Source of the DNA: Guillardia theta CCMP2712
Lineage: Eukaryota; Protista; Cryptophyta
DNA: 64,000 nt
Assembly: GCF_000315625.1 (NCBI RefSeq)
Contig: NW_005434649.1
Coordinates: 248,001-312,000 of the forward strand
Direction of reading: 5' to 3'
Positions within the stretch are counted from its first letter, which is position 1. Each line of letters starts with the position of its first letter. A program made the position numbers and the translations under genes. This document shows, one piece after another, positions 39,772-52,861 of the stretch. The notes below the pieces were generated by a model. The model was given only the letters and a program-made list of their open reading frames with translations. It searched no databases and was not told the origin of the DNA.

Positions 39772-41287
39772 ATGGCTGGACACACCTCGGGGGGTTCTGG
39801 GAGGATGCTTCCGTTGCGGTTCCAAGAAGATGAGAGCATGCCAGTGCTTCCAAGACGTTCTCACGAACCAGTGAGCTTCCTTCCTCGTCCCTTCTCAGGC
39901 TCTCCTTATCATGACATCCTCCTCCTCCTCCTCCCCCCCCCTTCCCCCTTCAACTCCTGCTCCTCCTCCCAACTCCTGCTCCTGCTCCTCCTCACCCCCA
40001 CAACTCCCAATCCCTCCCCCCCTGGTCATCTTGATGACATTTGCGTCATAGGCACATCAGCGAGCACTGCGATGCGTTTGCGGAGCACCGACAGGGTCGA
40101 GTGGGAGGGAGGAAGGAGTCTGTCCTATCTCGGCTGTCGATGCGGACCTCAACTCCCGAGATGGAAGGAGCGAGGATGTCGCCAGACAACCTCGCTGTCG
40201 ACGGGACGGGGCGCGTGCAGACGCTCCTGGAGCAGCTCAAGAAGTGGCGGGAAGAAGGACTTATCGACGAGGAAGAGTGACGAAGAGGAGGAGGAGGTGG
40301 AGGAGGAGGAGGAGGAGGAGGAGGAGGAGGAAAAGCAGAAGAAGAAGAAGAAGAAGTTGACATCCGCGAGCAGGTACAAACAGGAGAAGGCAAATGCGCT
40401 CAAGACGCTTATCCCCTCAACGAACAACACTCGCTCCTCCTCGTCCCTAGGATACACGTCGACTTACTCGTCTCACTACGTCGAGCAGAAGCCGCTCAAT
40501 GAGACTGGCCTGAAGCTTGTCGGGGAGGAAGAGGACAACGACTACGAGGCAGGAAGCAACGTGCCAAAGGCAAGGATCGACTACTTGTTCAACCAGCTCC
40601 GGCAGATCTGCTGTAAGGCAAACTGCTCCCGTCTCCTCCTCCTCCTCCTCCTCCTCCCTCCTCTCTGCTTGCTCTTGGGAAAGACGGACGACTAAATTAT
40701 ATGGACAGATCGCAAAGTCAAAGGAAACGGGAGTGATGTGTCTGTCAGGTTGAAACCTTCACACGATTTTCTTCTCTCCTGATCCTTCTTGAAATTCTCA
40801 TCCTCCTCTTTCACTTGCTTACTTACTTCCTCTCCTGCTGCTGCTGCTTCCGCATTCGTGTCTATCTCATATGCTGATGTGGTTGCAGAGAAATTTTTCG
40901 GCATTTTGATAACAACAAGAACGGCTCCAGTCCCGGCATCGACATGGACGAGTTTTCCGACGGTGAAGAATACATTCCCTCCCTCCCTCCCTACCTACCT
41001 ACCTCTTGCCTCCTCCTCGTCACCCTTCTCCTCTCCTCTCCTCTCCATCTCCCTCCTACTCTGTCGCCATCTTCGCACTTCGTGACTCTAGCGCTGCAGC
41101 CGTGAAGCGACTCATGCTGGGCAACCACGAGGGAGGCATCATTACTGAGGAAGAAGCTCGCCTGCTATTTAACCGCATCGACGCCGACGGGAGCGGCTCC
41201 ATCGACTACAGGGAGATCGCCTCCACATTGTCGCTGCCAGGATGGGACATCCGCTATCTCAACAAGAAGAGCAACATCTTACTGTAG
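39772..41287 (+). CDS. EF-hand protein, multi-exon
   Basis: LFNRIDADGSGSIDYRE canonical EF loop; second degenerate loop FRHFDNNKNGSSPGIDMDEF; start position uncertain. Confidence 0.7.
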
Positions 41288-41352
41288 GAGGAGGAGGAGG
41301 AGGAGGAACTGCTAAGATTGAAGGAGAAGGCTCTGAAGTCATCATTCTGGTG

Positions 41353-42930
41353 TTAACTAAGAGGATTGATGACGTCACTCTTTCTCGATTGACTTTTTCT
41401 TGGGGATGGAAGGAAGCACCTGCGTCGTCTACTTAAATTCTCGTATTGAAACCCTTCCCGCTTTGAGTCGATTCCTCCTCCTCCTCCTCCCTTCCTCCCT
41501 CTCCACCTCTTCCTCCTTCCCTTCATCGCCCCCCTCCTCCTCACCTTGATCCCACTGCTCTGGCTCCCCGACTTTCCCTTGTCAAGCGCCTTGGCTCGTT
41601 CCTTCCACAAGCTGCTGGTGCTGATTTCCCTCGCTGTCATTGCCTTGATCTTATCCGCCGCGCTCTTCGACCCCTCGAGGTACTTCTGCTTGATCGCCTC
41701 CTCCACCTGCGCCTTTTTCCTCTCCTCCTGCCCCCCTTGCACTCTGACCGAGCTCGAGCTCAGACGGCAGCTCTTGCACCTGCTGGGAATGCTCGAGATG
41801 CCGCGGTCGATGAGGCGTTGATGGTCAGAGACCTGGAGGCCATCAGAAGAAGAGGAGGAGAGGAAGAAGACGGAGCAAGAGACAGAGAAGGAGAGGAGAG
41901 GAGAGGAGAGGAGAGGAGAGGAGAGGAGAGGAGAAGGAGGGAGGGAGGGCGGGAGGGCGGGAGGGNNNNNNNNNNNNNNNNNNNNNNNNNNNNNNNNNNN
42001 NNNNNNNNNNNNNNNNNNNNNNNNNNNNNNNNNNNNNNNNNNNNNNNNNNNNNNNNNNNNNNNNNNNNNNNNNNNNNNNNNNNNNCGAGAAGGAGAGGGA
42101 GAGTGGAGGGAGGGAGGGAGGGAGGGGCAGGAGAGACAGAGGGAGAGAGAACGAGAGGAGAGTGATCAGTAACAAGAGCGGAGAGCGATCGTAGTCAATG
42201 GGCAGGAGGCAGGAGGCAGGAGGCAGGAGGCAGGAGGCAGGAGGAAGCCGTACTGTGAAGAGGAAGTTTTCTTTGCAAGTCTCGCATTTGAGTAACTGAT
42301 CGCAGGAGAGCACTCCTCCGCTCCTTTTCACGATCTCCTGCACCGCCTTGGCCGGCAGCCCTCGACCAGGCTGAGAGGAGGACGAGCTCTGAGCAGCTTG
42401 GCTGATGGGACACTAGACAGTGAGTGTCGAGGTAGGTAGGAGAGAGGAGAGAAGAGGAAGAAGAGAGGAGAGTGGGGGAGCTGGAAGCGGGGAGGGGGAG
42501 GAGAGAGCAGAGAGGAGGAAAGATGGAGACGAGAGGAGGACAAGGTGAGGGGGGAGGAGGGAGGAGGGAGGAGGGAGGAGGGAAATTAGGAGGAGAGGAG
42601 AGAGAAAAGAGGAGAGAGGACCTGGACGATGCGGAGGAGTTGGCAGCAGGCTGAGAACAGAGTGAGCGGAGGGCTCAGGAAGGATGAGAAGTTTTACTCT
42701 GTTTGGTGGCTCGTCACCGTCGATGATGATGACGTCATCGTCCAGTTTCTGTATAGCAAAGGTGAGGAAGGAGGAAGTTGGGAAGTGAATGAGGGGACCA
42801 AAGGAACGAAAACGAAGGAGAGGGAGCGAAGAGAGAAGAGACGAGGGAGGAAAACAGAGAGGGAGCAGAAGAGAGTAAGAGGGAGAGAGAGGGAAGAGAG
42901 TAGGAGGGAGGGCTCAGAGAGGGAAGAGGA

Positions 42931-42972
<42 letters not shown>

Positions 42973-45599
42973 GAGAGAGAGAGAGAGAGAGGTACTGCTG
43001 CAGGGAGGGAACAAGAGGAAGAAGGAGACCTTTTCTACATGTCTCCTCTTGCTGCCTTGTGTGTCAGACTCCGCCTTCCTCTTCCTTCTTTGCTCCTCCT
43101 CGGCGAGCTTGAGAGCGTTTCTCTGCTCGTTCATCGCTTGATCTTTCTCCCTGTCAGCCTCCTCTGACCTCCCACACTCTTCAGTCTCACATGGTACGAT
43201 GTCTTCGTCGTCATGGTCGTTGAGGTACTTGCTGCCCGGCTCCGGGGGCCCGGCGGTGAAGTCCGGCGGCATCTTCTTGGACTCAATGACTGTCACCCGC
43301 TCCCTCTTCTTGGCGTTTGCAAGAAACGCTTTCCAAGGCTCAGACGCCTGAGGTAGAAGGAGATCAACTCCACCCTCTAGCCTCCCCCTCCCCCTGCTCG
43401 TGCTCGTGCTCGTGCTCTCACCTTGAGCGAGTTCGAGTTGCCGATGACGAGTAGAGAGTGACGGGCTGTAGTTGGGAGTGAGAGGAGAAAACAAAGCAGA
43501 AGAAAATGAGGCGGATTTGGAGAGAGCGGATCCACACGAGAATCTTTGAGGTAAATGGAAGGAGAGAAGAGGGAGAAGTATCGTAGAGAAGGGTTCTCGG
43601 CGACGAAAGAAGGGAGGGAAGGAAAAAGGAATCGGGATATGGATGGAGACGCTCCGAGGACAGGAATGAGGGTGAAAAGTAAAGGAAAACTGTGGAGGAG
43701 AGGGTAGGAGAGAGAGGAAGATGGTGGAAGGGGAGCGAGCGAGGGAGAGCGAGAGAGAGAGAGAGAGAGAAAGAAAGAAGGAGAGGGGAGGATGAGCAGA
43801 AGGGTTGTTGAGTTGAGATTTACCTCTGGTCAGAGCCACATTCATGCGACGAACATCTTCAAGGAAACCGACGCCCCTGATAAGGAGGAGACAAGGTGCG
43901 AGTGAGTGAGGAGAATGAGGAGATGTGTGAGTTGAGTCAGGAGGAGCAGGAGCAGGAGGAGCAGGAGCAGGAGGAGCAGGAGCAGGAGCAGGAGTAGGAG
44001 CAGGAGTAGGAGTAGGAGTAGGAGTAGTAGTAGGAGGAGGAGGAGCAACAGGTGCAGGATGAGATTAAGAGGACGGTCACCTGGTGTTGGCTCGCACACA
44101 AGAGAAAATGACAATGTCTCTCTCTTGACCCTAACAAGAGCGTGAGAATGAAGTAAGGAGAAGGAGGAGGAGGAGGAGGAGGAGGAGGAGGAGGAGGAGG
44201 AGGAGGAGGAGGAGGAGGAGGAGGTGCAGGAGCAGGAGCAAGAGATTGGTCATGGGAAGGGGCAGGCGACAGAAGGACTGGCTACTCACTTGACAAGAGT
44301 CAACCGTCATCACATCGATGCTGTATCCTCGCGCCTGGTAGCTCTCTCTCAGTACAGGCTAAGACAGCGCACAAGCTCAGTCACAACTTCAGGGCTGCGA
44401 TTCTCAACCGACTCCGAGACAGCATGAGGACCTGGAGACACATCAGGAGGGGAGCGAGGGGAGGAGCGCTCAGCAGACCAACTAGCCTCTTCAAGCTTGA
44501 GGTGATCTCGTTCCTCTGTTGCCGGTACGGAGTTAGGATGGCGATCTTGCCTTTCAGCTCTCCGCGCTGATCAAGGAGAGGACAGAAATGAGTGAAAACA
44601 TGTTCAACAGACATCAAGCTCTGATTCCATGTCCTGTAGCTCTACATGTCAAATTACCTGGGAGTATCTTGAGATGAGCTCCTTCACCAACAATGCAACA
44701 AACTGTCGTCCGTGTCAGTCACGATAGCAAGTGGAGAAAACCTTTGCATTCAACATCTTTGTGAGCATCACAATCATTCTTGTCCATCAGGTCAGAAGAT
44801 CAAAGAAGAGGAGACCAATAATAGTTTCCTTCTTCAACATCACCAACATTTCAACTTTCATCTCAGCCATCCAAACCAACTTCAAGACCCAGGGTGTCGA
44901 CTCCAGAAATACACAAACAGGTACAACCAGACACAAACAAGAAATAGAAGACAACCCACGTACTCTTGCATGCAAACAGCTTCACCTTTGCTTCAGCCAC
45001 GTTCCTCAAAGAAGAACCATCGGATCTCTGCTCCTTCGAGTCGATGAGGTCGAAGAAGTGGAAGGGGCCAAACCAAGGATCAGCTTGATACCTCTCACCC
45101 TCCTTCCTTCTCCCAAGGTTCTAAAGTGAAAGTCAGTCCTCGTTCCAAACTGGTCCACTACCTCCTCCTCGCCCTTGACCTTTCCACGTCCTCATCCTCC
45201 TCCTCCTTCAATCCTCCTCCTTCAAACCTTCTCCGCTCGCTTCCTCCTGCTCCTGCTCCTCCTTCAATCCTACTCCTCCTTCTGGTCCTGCTCCTGCTCC
45301 TGCTCCTGCTCCTACTCCTCTCCCTTCCTGCTCGTCCCCCCCCAACCTCTGCATCCACTAGTCGCCCCTCGTAGAAGTACTCGGATGGAAATCTTGTGAT
45401 TTCTGCTCGAATGCATTAGACGGCAAGTCTACCGATCGCTCTCCTCGACCTGGATGCATGCGGTACTGCACGTTGAGGAGGGCGACGGGGTGATTACAGC
45501 TCATCAGCCTCTCGAAGAGCGAGCGCTGGTAGATGGCTGCTGGACTATCAACACAGAAGCAACAGCAGGAGAAAGAGCATCAGCAGCAAGGGAATGAGT

Positions 45600-45682
<83 letters not shown>

Positions 45683-48600
45683 TGGCAGCAGAAGAGGGAG
45701 CAAGCGCAGTAGCAGCAGCACCTGCAGATGAAGATTGAGAGATGACAGTAGCGGGAAGCTGTCGAGGGTCTCCCACAAGGATGCAGCGGCTGCGAGGAGG
45801 AGAAGGTAAGAGCTCGAGCGGCAGCTCTCAGAGGTCCCACCGAGCTCCCAGCAGGAGGGGGATGAGAGTACCAGCCTCTACAGACTGACAGGCCTCGTCG
45901 ATGATCACTGAGAGGAGAGGAGAGGGGAGGGGAGCAGAGGAGAGGAGAGGAAAAAGGGTCAGATGTAGAGCAAAACGTGTGTACAGGAGCAGCCAAGGCA
46001 TGCTAGCTCAGATGAAGAAAAGGATCCAGGTGAGAGATCACATGAGCAAGAGCACGAGAACAAGGAGTGGAAGACTAAGAGCAGGTCAGAAGACGTCAGC
46101 TACCTGTGTCAATCTTGTTCTGCAAACGAGAGAAACAATCCAGCCCAGCAGAGCTCAAGGTGGTGAGAATGACCTGCGTCAAGGTAAGGAGGAGGATGGG
46201 GGAAGAAGGGGATGAGCAAGAGGGACCTGAGCGTCGTCGAGCAGCATGGTTCTCAACTGATCTGTGTCTTCTTCCTTGCTCGACTTGATCTGGCGGCAGC
46301 ACTTTAACGAGAGGGGTCTTGTCAAGGCAGCATACTGACTTACCTTCTTCACGACCTCCAGCCGCTTGATGTCTCGCTCGACCTCCTCCAGTTGAGTCCT
46401 GACCTGCTCGCTGCGCTGAGCGGGAATGAGGGACCACCGTTGCACCTTCAGCATCTCCACTTCGAGCGAGTTGGTTGCTCCTACTCCTTTGCACTCGGCC
46501 TGATACGACAGTCAACCTCACGGCGCCCGCTCATGGCTGCGGCGGTCTTGGAGGAGGAGCTGTACTTCACCTCGAGATAGCTCCGACGAGTGAGAAGTGA
46601 ACGGTACCTACACTCAATCATCACATCCTGCAACCGCATCCACCGCTGTTATTACCGATGCTTGCAGTCTTCCAGCTCACCCCCTCTGCTCATGATCTCT
46701 TGGACCTGCCGTCATGTCATTCTTCTTCCCCTCCCTCGCGCCCTCCCTCCACCTGATGGTCGAGGGTGACGACTCTGATCTTGTGATGACAAGCACTGTT
46801 TGCAAACATCTCAGCTCCTCCGCCCCTCCCCGTGTCAGCACATGAGGCATGTTACTTCGGGGATCCGATGCGGATCATGTCGGGTGTGTAGAGGCCGTTG
46901 CCGTCCCTCAGGCGCTCCGAGAGGACACGCTGGCATGCCGTCAGGACGCGCAACCGAAAGGTGATAGACCTCGACGATGTGGTCGACTGCCGCGTTGGAG
47001 GGAGCGCAGATGAGAATGCGAGGCTTCGGGAGGACCTTGGGAGTATGATCTGCAAGTGCCAGCGTTACCTCCAACGAAGTGCAGTTGGAGGGTAACGGGA
47101 AGGTGAAGGTACATCGTCGGGTTCTCAAGATGACAAGAGAGGTAAGAGATGGAGCAAGGGAGAGAAGAAATCAGCCGGAGTTGCGTCCTTCACCTGATGG
47201 AGTCTTCTGAATGTCATGGAGGATGCTCTCGAGGGCTCCGGAGTGATACTTCCCAGAATCGATATTCACAGGCTCCGGGGTCTTGGCTGCCGTCCCAGCC
47301 TGCACTGACAGCTTGCTGCGGACAACTTTCAACACGCTCTCGTAATATTGTTGATACTGAGTGAGATGAAGGAAGTTCAGGATGGACAGGATGACAGTAG
47401 TCTTGCCCGTCCCCGGGGGGCCCTGCAGGAGGGTGACCCCCGTCCGATGTGCCGGGTCGCAGGCTGCCGCTATAGCAACCAGCTGAGACTTGTTGCTGCG
47501 AGAGGCGATGTGGGTCTGTACGACTGGGTTGAGATGCCCCATGATCTTGGCCACTTCGTCGTCGTTGGGCAGGCTCGTGAACTTGTTGGGGTTGAGGATT
47601 TCATGCAGGAGCGGGCTGTTCTTGATTTCATGGACAGCGCGCCATTCTCTTATACTCGCACCCATGTTCCGCAACCTCTGTATGCTCCATTGGTAGCGGA
47701 TTTCACTCTGACGGCAAGTGAGACTGAAAACATCGCAGGCGTCATCGGCAGCTACCTTAGACTTCGAGATGTTGGTGGCGAACTCAAGGTCCACAGACTT
47801 GAGCGTCTTCACTCGCACGGAGCACAGGAACTTTTGGGAGTAATGCGCATGAAAGTTCCCGGCGACGATCGCATAGAACTTCCGGGGCTCTCCTGACTTG
47901 ACCCACTTGCCGCTCTCTTTCTTGACTGGAGACTTTCCCGAGGGATCTGAAGGATGGAAACTGTCAACAGCAGGTTGCTAGCGAGCAGAGCAGCGGTGGA
48001 TCGTTGACCACCTTTCATCGCAGACTTTTTCGGCGAAGAAGCAAGGCCCTTTATCCATACCATCTTGCACACCTGTGGTGTGTTGGCAGGTTATGAACGC
48101 TGAGAGCTAAAAGAGCAGGGATTGCACCTCAATCAAGGCAAAATCATGGTTTTCGAACATGTATGTTCCCGGCCCGTCACGGCGATTCCTGTCTTCCTCG
48201 TTGTTGTCGGACGACTTGACATTGAGAGTAAGAAACATGAAGTCGCTATACACGCCTCCTTTTTGCAAGTCCCTCTACAGTCAAAACCCCGTGAGGCGAA
48301 CAAGGGCAAACATAAGTACAAGACCAGTTCCGCAGGATGGCTGTCGTATAGCTTCTCCTTGAGACTCTGCTCGATCTCGGATCCTATCTCCTGGTAGCAA
48401 GAAAACGTGGATCAACGATCGCATTGCCGGCGGCTCGCCCAACCTCCATGACAAGGGGCCGGAACGTCTCCACGTATTCTTCATGCGTCTTGAATCTTGT
48501 GGGCGCTGACTTCAAGCCGCTGCCCCTTGCGCTCTGAACCTGCTGAGAAACAGAACCCAAGGTCATGATAGAGCCTCAAGCCATCTGGACGAGCTCAGGA

Positions 48601-48934
48601 CTCACTTTGTTATCCGACTGGTGTTTGGACAGATTCGACATTAACTGCGTCAAGACTTCGGCATGAAATCGATCGTACTCCCTCCTCTTGGAGTCACGAT
48701 CTGAAATCCCCGTCAGGAATGTGGAGAGCGTTCAAGAATCTGCTGACCTGACAAGTCGTTGCCGTGATGGGCATCGGAGGACCTGGAAGGAGCAAACTGC
48801 TGTACGTTTGTGTCCTGCAACATGCCCTGTCAAAGAACGGAAGATCGCTCGAGACAGAGCTATACTCCTCTGTGCTTGGCTAGAAATCGCTGAGCCTCAT
48901 CCAGCTGCCTCTCGATCGAAGACTTGTGGGCCAT
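41353..48934 (-). CDS. SEN1: SEN1/senataxin-like SF1 (UPF1-like) RNA/DNA helicase with a C-terminal zinc ribbon
   Basis: LLQGPPGTGKT; ILICAPSNAAVD; LTTLSSAG; IIDEACQ; LVGDPRQLPATV; LFERL; QYRMHP; ILTPYRQQ; NVALTRGK; both gene ends approximate. Confidence 0.88.
45601..45680. repeat. (GCAGGA)n hexamer microsatellite in a helicase intron
   Basis: Direct reading; related arrays at about 35240-35335 and 43938-44045. Confidence 0.9.
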
Positions 48935-49214
48935 ACCAGAGTCCAAGGTTGCCCGACGAAAACCTCACTGCAGCATTCCTGCCAAGTCCGATCGAAGGGA
49001 GAGCGAATATCAGAGGTTGGGTCGGGATCCGTGGAGGATTCCGGGGGGGGAGGAGGGAGATGTCAAGTAAGAGGCTGACGGGAGGGGGGGGGGGGTTGTC
49101 TGTTAGGTCTGGGGGTGTGGTGCAGGCAGGCGAAGGAGGAAGTGCAAGGAGTGGGGGACGGATGACGGGAAGTTCTTAGCAAACATGATTTTAATATATT
49201 TTTAAAACCCGATC

Positions 49215-49880
49215 ACTGGGCCGAGTTGGCCCGGGGGCGTCGGGCCCGGGGGCCGGCCGTTCCCCCGCGGGGCCGGTGATCGGATTGATGCCGCTGAGAC
49301 GGTCTCGGGGCCGAAGTTTCCGTACTAGCAGCGGGGTCAGCTATCAGCTTCAACCGGCCCGCCGGGGGGTTGGCTCCCGCTCAAAAGCCTGAACTTCGCC
49401 GGGAACTCGGACTGCCTCCGCTGGGCTGAGTATCATACGCGGCCGGCACACTCCGCGGCAGGTCTCCGCACTCAGCCAGCCTGTGACTGAAGCGGCCGAG
49501 GCCCGGGCTGGGCCCGGACCCCGGGCTCAGTGGCAGTGCCACGGCCGTGGCAGCAGTGACCTTGGGCCGGCCGCCCGGGTGAGCCAGACTCTCTGGCATA
49601 AATACCCTCCAACCTCGATAGCTGCTCGGCGAGTCAATCATCCTGGCCATGGCACAGCGGCAAGAATCGCCCTCGGCGACATCTCGGGCTCATGCGGCTT
49701 GGGGCCGGCGCCGGGGCCGAGCCTCGGAGGCCGGGCCGGACTCCGGACTCCGGGACCGTCGGACTCCCGGGCCGGGACTCGGGAGCGGCCGCGCTGCCGG
49801 CTAGCCTCCGCTGGCCGCAAGTTAAACTGCCAGGCCCGGGTCCGACTTTTTACTCAAAGTTAAGTCCGACCGGTCTCCGC
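49215..49880. other. Second GC-rich, palindrome-rich non-coding island, upstream of the helicase gene
   Basis: GGCCCGGG/CCGG-rich, with tandem CGGACTC words at about 49737-49785; follows an AT-rich block at 49188-49208. Confidence 0.55.
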
Positions 49881-50418
49881 CTCAGTGAGTCACAAGAAGA
49901 CCACCCACCCCTCGCCTTCCCAAATATTCGGGGGGCTAATGACCCCTATAACGTCATGTGGGTGCCTGTTTGAATGCTCGAGGAGCGCTCGAGAAGGAGG
50001 ATGGAAGGAGGGCGAGGGGGAAGGGCGAGTTAGAGGAGGAAGGGGCAGAGGGCAATTTTGAACATGATATACAGACTAGAACAGCTTTTCACTGATCATC
50101 AGGCATTGACCACCGATTTCGTGAAGGGTAGCAGTCGATAGTTGATTCGTCTTGAGGATATCAGAGGCGTTTCATATAAGGGTTCGGTTGTCATTTGCCC
50201 CTGGAGGCATAAGAGAATTTCATGGGACTCTTTTCCAGTGCCTAAAACAATATGGGGAGATGCTCGCTGGATTTCATGCGAGCATAACATAGCCAATCAA
50301 GTGCGTGACACGAACCAGTCCATCTCGATAGCACGATGTGCGATGAGATGGATTCAAATTGTTTCTGAAGAGGCATGATGTGTTCCCATTTGCAGGAGAA
50401 GTGGATATCCTTCAAATT

Positions 50419-51256
50419 ATGCCGAGCGCGGTCAGCTCAAGGCTTCGTTTGTCCAGCAACAACTGACAGTGATTTTTCAGCATACCTCCGACACTCCCCC
50501 AGCAGGTCCAGACAAGCAGCTACGTGCACCCTTCCGCCTTGCTGCGAAGGTGGGAGGAACGACAGCGAGGGCTGTCAACACAGCAGTTGATAAGATCCAG
50601 AGCTTCCCCAAGAAAGTCAGCAGCAAGTAAGCTCTTCTCCTCTCTGTCTCAGTTGCTTACATCAAGTGACCGCACAGCCGCCATGTGCAAGACATCTCCT
50701 CGGCTGTGATGCGAGCTGAAAGGAGTGTTGAGAGCAGCATGCGCCCGTACGTGGACCCAATGATGGGATACGTGCGGACCGTCAGGCCTTTCATCCCTCC
50801 TGTTCTCATTCTTATTATTTTTATTCTCTTGCCCCCCGCGCTGCTCTGCATAGGTTCTTGATTACCTAACGCATCTGTCCGTCCAGCTAACGCCTCTGTC
50901 TGCAGCAACCGTCGCTTTCTTCACCGCGCCATTGTGGATTGCATTCCTATTTCTCAGTGCGATCATATGGGTCCCGTGCCTTGTTATGCTGGTACATTTG
51001 CCGTCAGTTACCTCCCGAGTTGTTTGACTTTGTTTGTGTTGGCATCAGCTCTGCCTCTTTGCACTCCTCGCGTTCATTGGCCTGATTCGCTTCTGCTCCG
51101 CTCCTAGCGTCCAAGCCATCTGGCGGCCGATGTTAGTCGCTGGATCTCTCTCCCCTCATCAGCTGACTGATTGTCCTAGGGCGGGGGCCGTACTGAACTC
51201 GCCAGTCGGACAGTTTTTGTTCTATCAGAAAAAGGAGGAGGAAGTCTCCGAGTAAA
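50419..51256 (+). CDS. Small protein with an uninterrupted hydrophobic, Pro-containing segment of about 60 aa (oleosin / lipid-droplet-protein-like)
   Basis: Spliced PFIPPVLILIIFILLPPALLCI|ATVAFFTAPLWIAFLFLSAIIWVPCLVML|LCLFALLAFIGLIRF; start position inferred. Confidence 0.65.
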
Positions 51257-51482
51257 GAGAAGCATCGAATGAATGAATCTCATCCTAGTTGGTAGGCGAG
51301 GACAACAAATTGGAAACGACAAGGATAGTGGCATGCTGTGCCGTGAAAGATAGCCACACCGTTTGACTTTTATTCATCTTATCTTCGGTCTCTCGACCAA
51401 TTCAGTCCGTATCTCCGAGAAAAAACCAATTTCATACTTTCTAAATGTAAGGAAACTACTGTGGAGAACACACGAATCGACA

Positions 51483-52208
51483 TTATTCGCGACTTGTCAG
51501 AACAAAGATGCCGAGCAATCCGATCAGAGCGTATTTCAAGTATGGGTAATCGTTCATGATGATGGTCACCATCCCCACGTAGGGGAGGTACCCGACAGCC
51601 CTGCCGATAATGTGCTTCTTGTTCAGCCATCGCTGGTCTGGGGCATACCTGTATGGCTGTTATGGCCGAGGCGTCACGAACGTCGAACTTACAGTCCACG
51701 GTCGTCGACGTCATTGTTGTCTCCCTTGGTCAGAACATCAGTGGTGCCATCATGCCTGCACAAACCCTGATCAGCAACCGCCGTGCTATGCATGTCAGAA
51801 CTACTTCTCGTGAACTTTGATCACGCGATGTACGATCGGAATGTCTCGGCCCTCGATCTTGAACACAACGATCTCGCCTATCCTGAAGGGTGCGCTCCCC
51901 AGCCATAGAAACAGAATATCGCCGCGCTGAAAAGCCGGTTCCATACTCCCACTCAGAACCACGACGACAGGGCTCTCACTGTGCGTTACGACCATTAGAA
52001 ACTTCCAGATCCTGCCAGGCAGAGCATGCGGTCAACCATCAACTCACTACCGCCAGCACAAGTGCACTCACATCAGCGCCGAGGTGATGATGAGCCCCAA
52101 GTTGATGACTTGATGAGCAAGCTGCCGTGACGTCAAGGCACCTCAAAGAGACGTGTTGCCCACCTGGCGCTTTCTCATCGTCCTCAAGGCTTGAAAAGTT
52201 TCTGACAT
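51483..52208 (-). CDS. SEC11: Signal peptidase complex catalytic subunit
   Basis: [25 protein letters not shown]; DIPIVHRV; [15 protein letters not shown]; [15 protein letters not shown]. Confidence 0.97.
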
Positions 52209-52771
52209 GACGTTCATCGTGAAGGGTGTATAGAGTGACTATGAAAGAATCCTGATTTCCCAAAGTTCGTCTGAATCGTTCCCCAGCAAGGTTCAGAAAT
52301 GCTTCAGCAGCCTGCAAAAAGCATTCACTTCCTAAGCATGCACGTCATGCGCTTTATCAGTGGTCCTATGAACAATGCTGTATGCCAGTGAATTAGGGAT
52401 GAATAACTTTCGATGATTTTGGCACATGCAGGTATGTTCGAAATGTACATAAGCAAAGTACAAAGTACAATGAACTGTGACACGTGCGATATCAACTGAA
52501 AAGAGAGTCTCTACACTGTTCTATCTGCAATCAGGACTGCAGCGTCAAATCACCAAAGGATGGATACGTGGGACAATATTGGAGCATCAGAGAGGTTCAT
52601 AGCATAATATTCGTGAGAGTTCACAGGATGCAATGCAGCAAGTATGAAAGGCAAACATGCAATGAAGAAGGATCCTGCAAGAACACAACAAGGAAATTGG
52701 ATATGTTCGTACAGGTCTTGTTCTTTCAGAGAGCTATGAAGAAATGAACGATGCTGAAGTTGTTGAAAAAG

Positions 52772-52861
52772 GAGATGTGAAGTATCAGAATGTGTTAGTC
52801 ATGGAATCAAGAACACGAGATGTGAAGTATCAGAATGTGTTAGTCATGGACTCAAGAACAC
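52772..52861. repeat. 45-bp tandem duplication (1 mismatch)
   Basis: GAGATGTGAAGTATCAGAATGTGTTAGTCATGGA(A/C)TCAAGAACAC x2. Confidence 0.9.
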
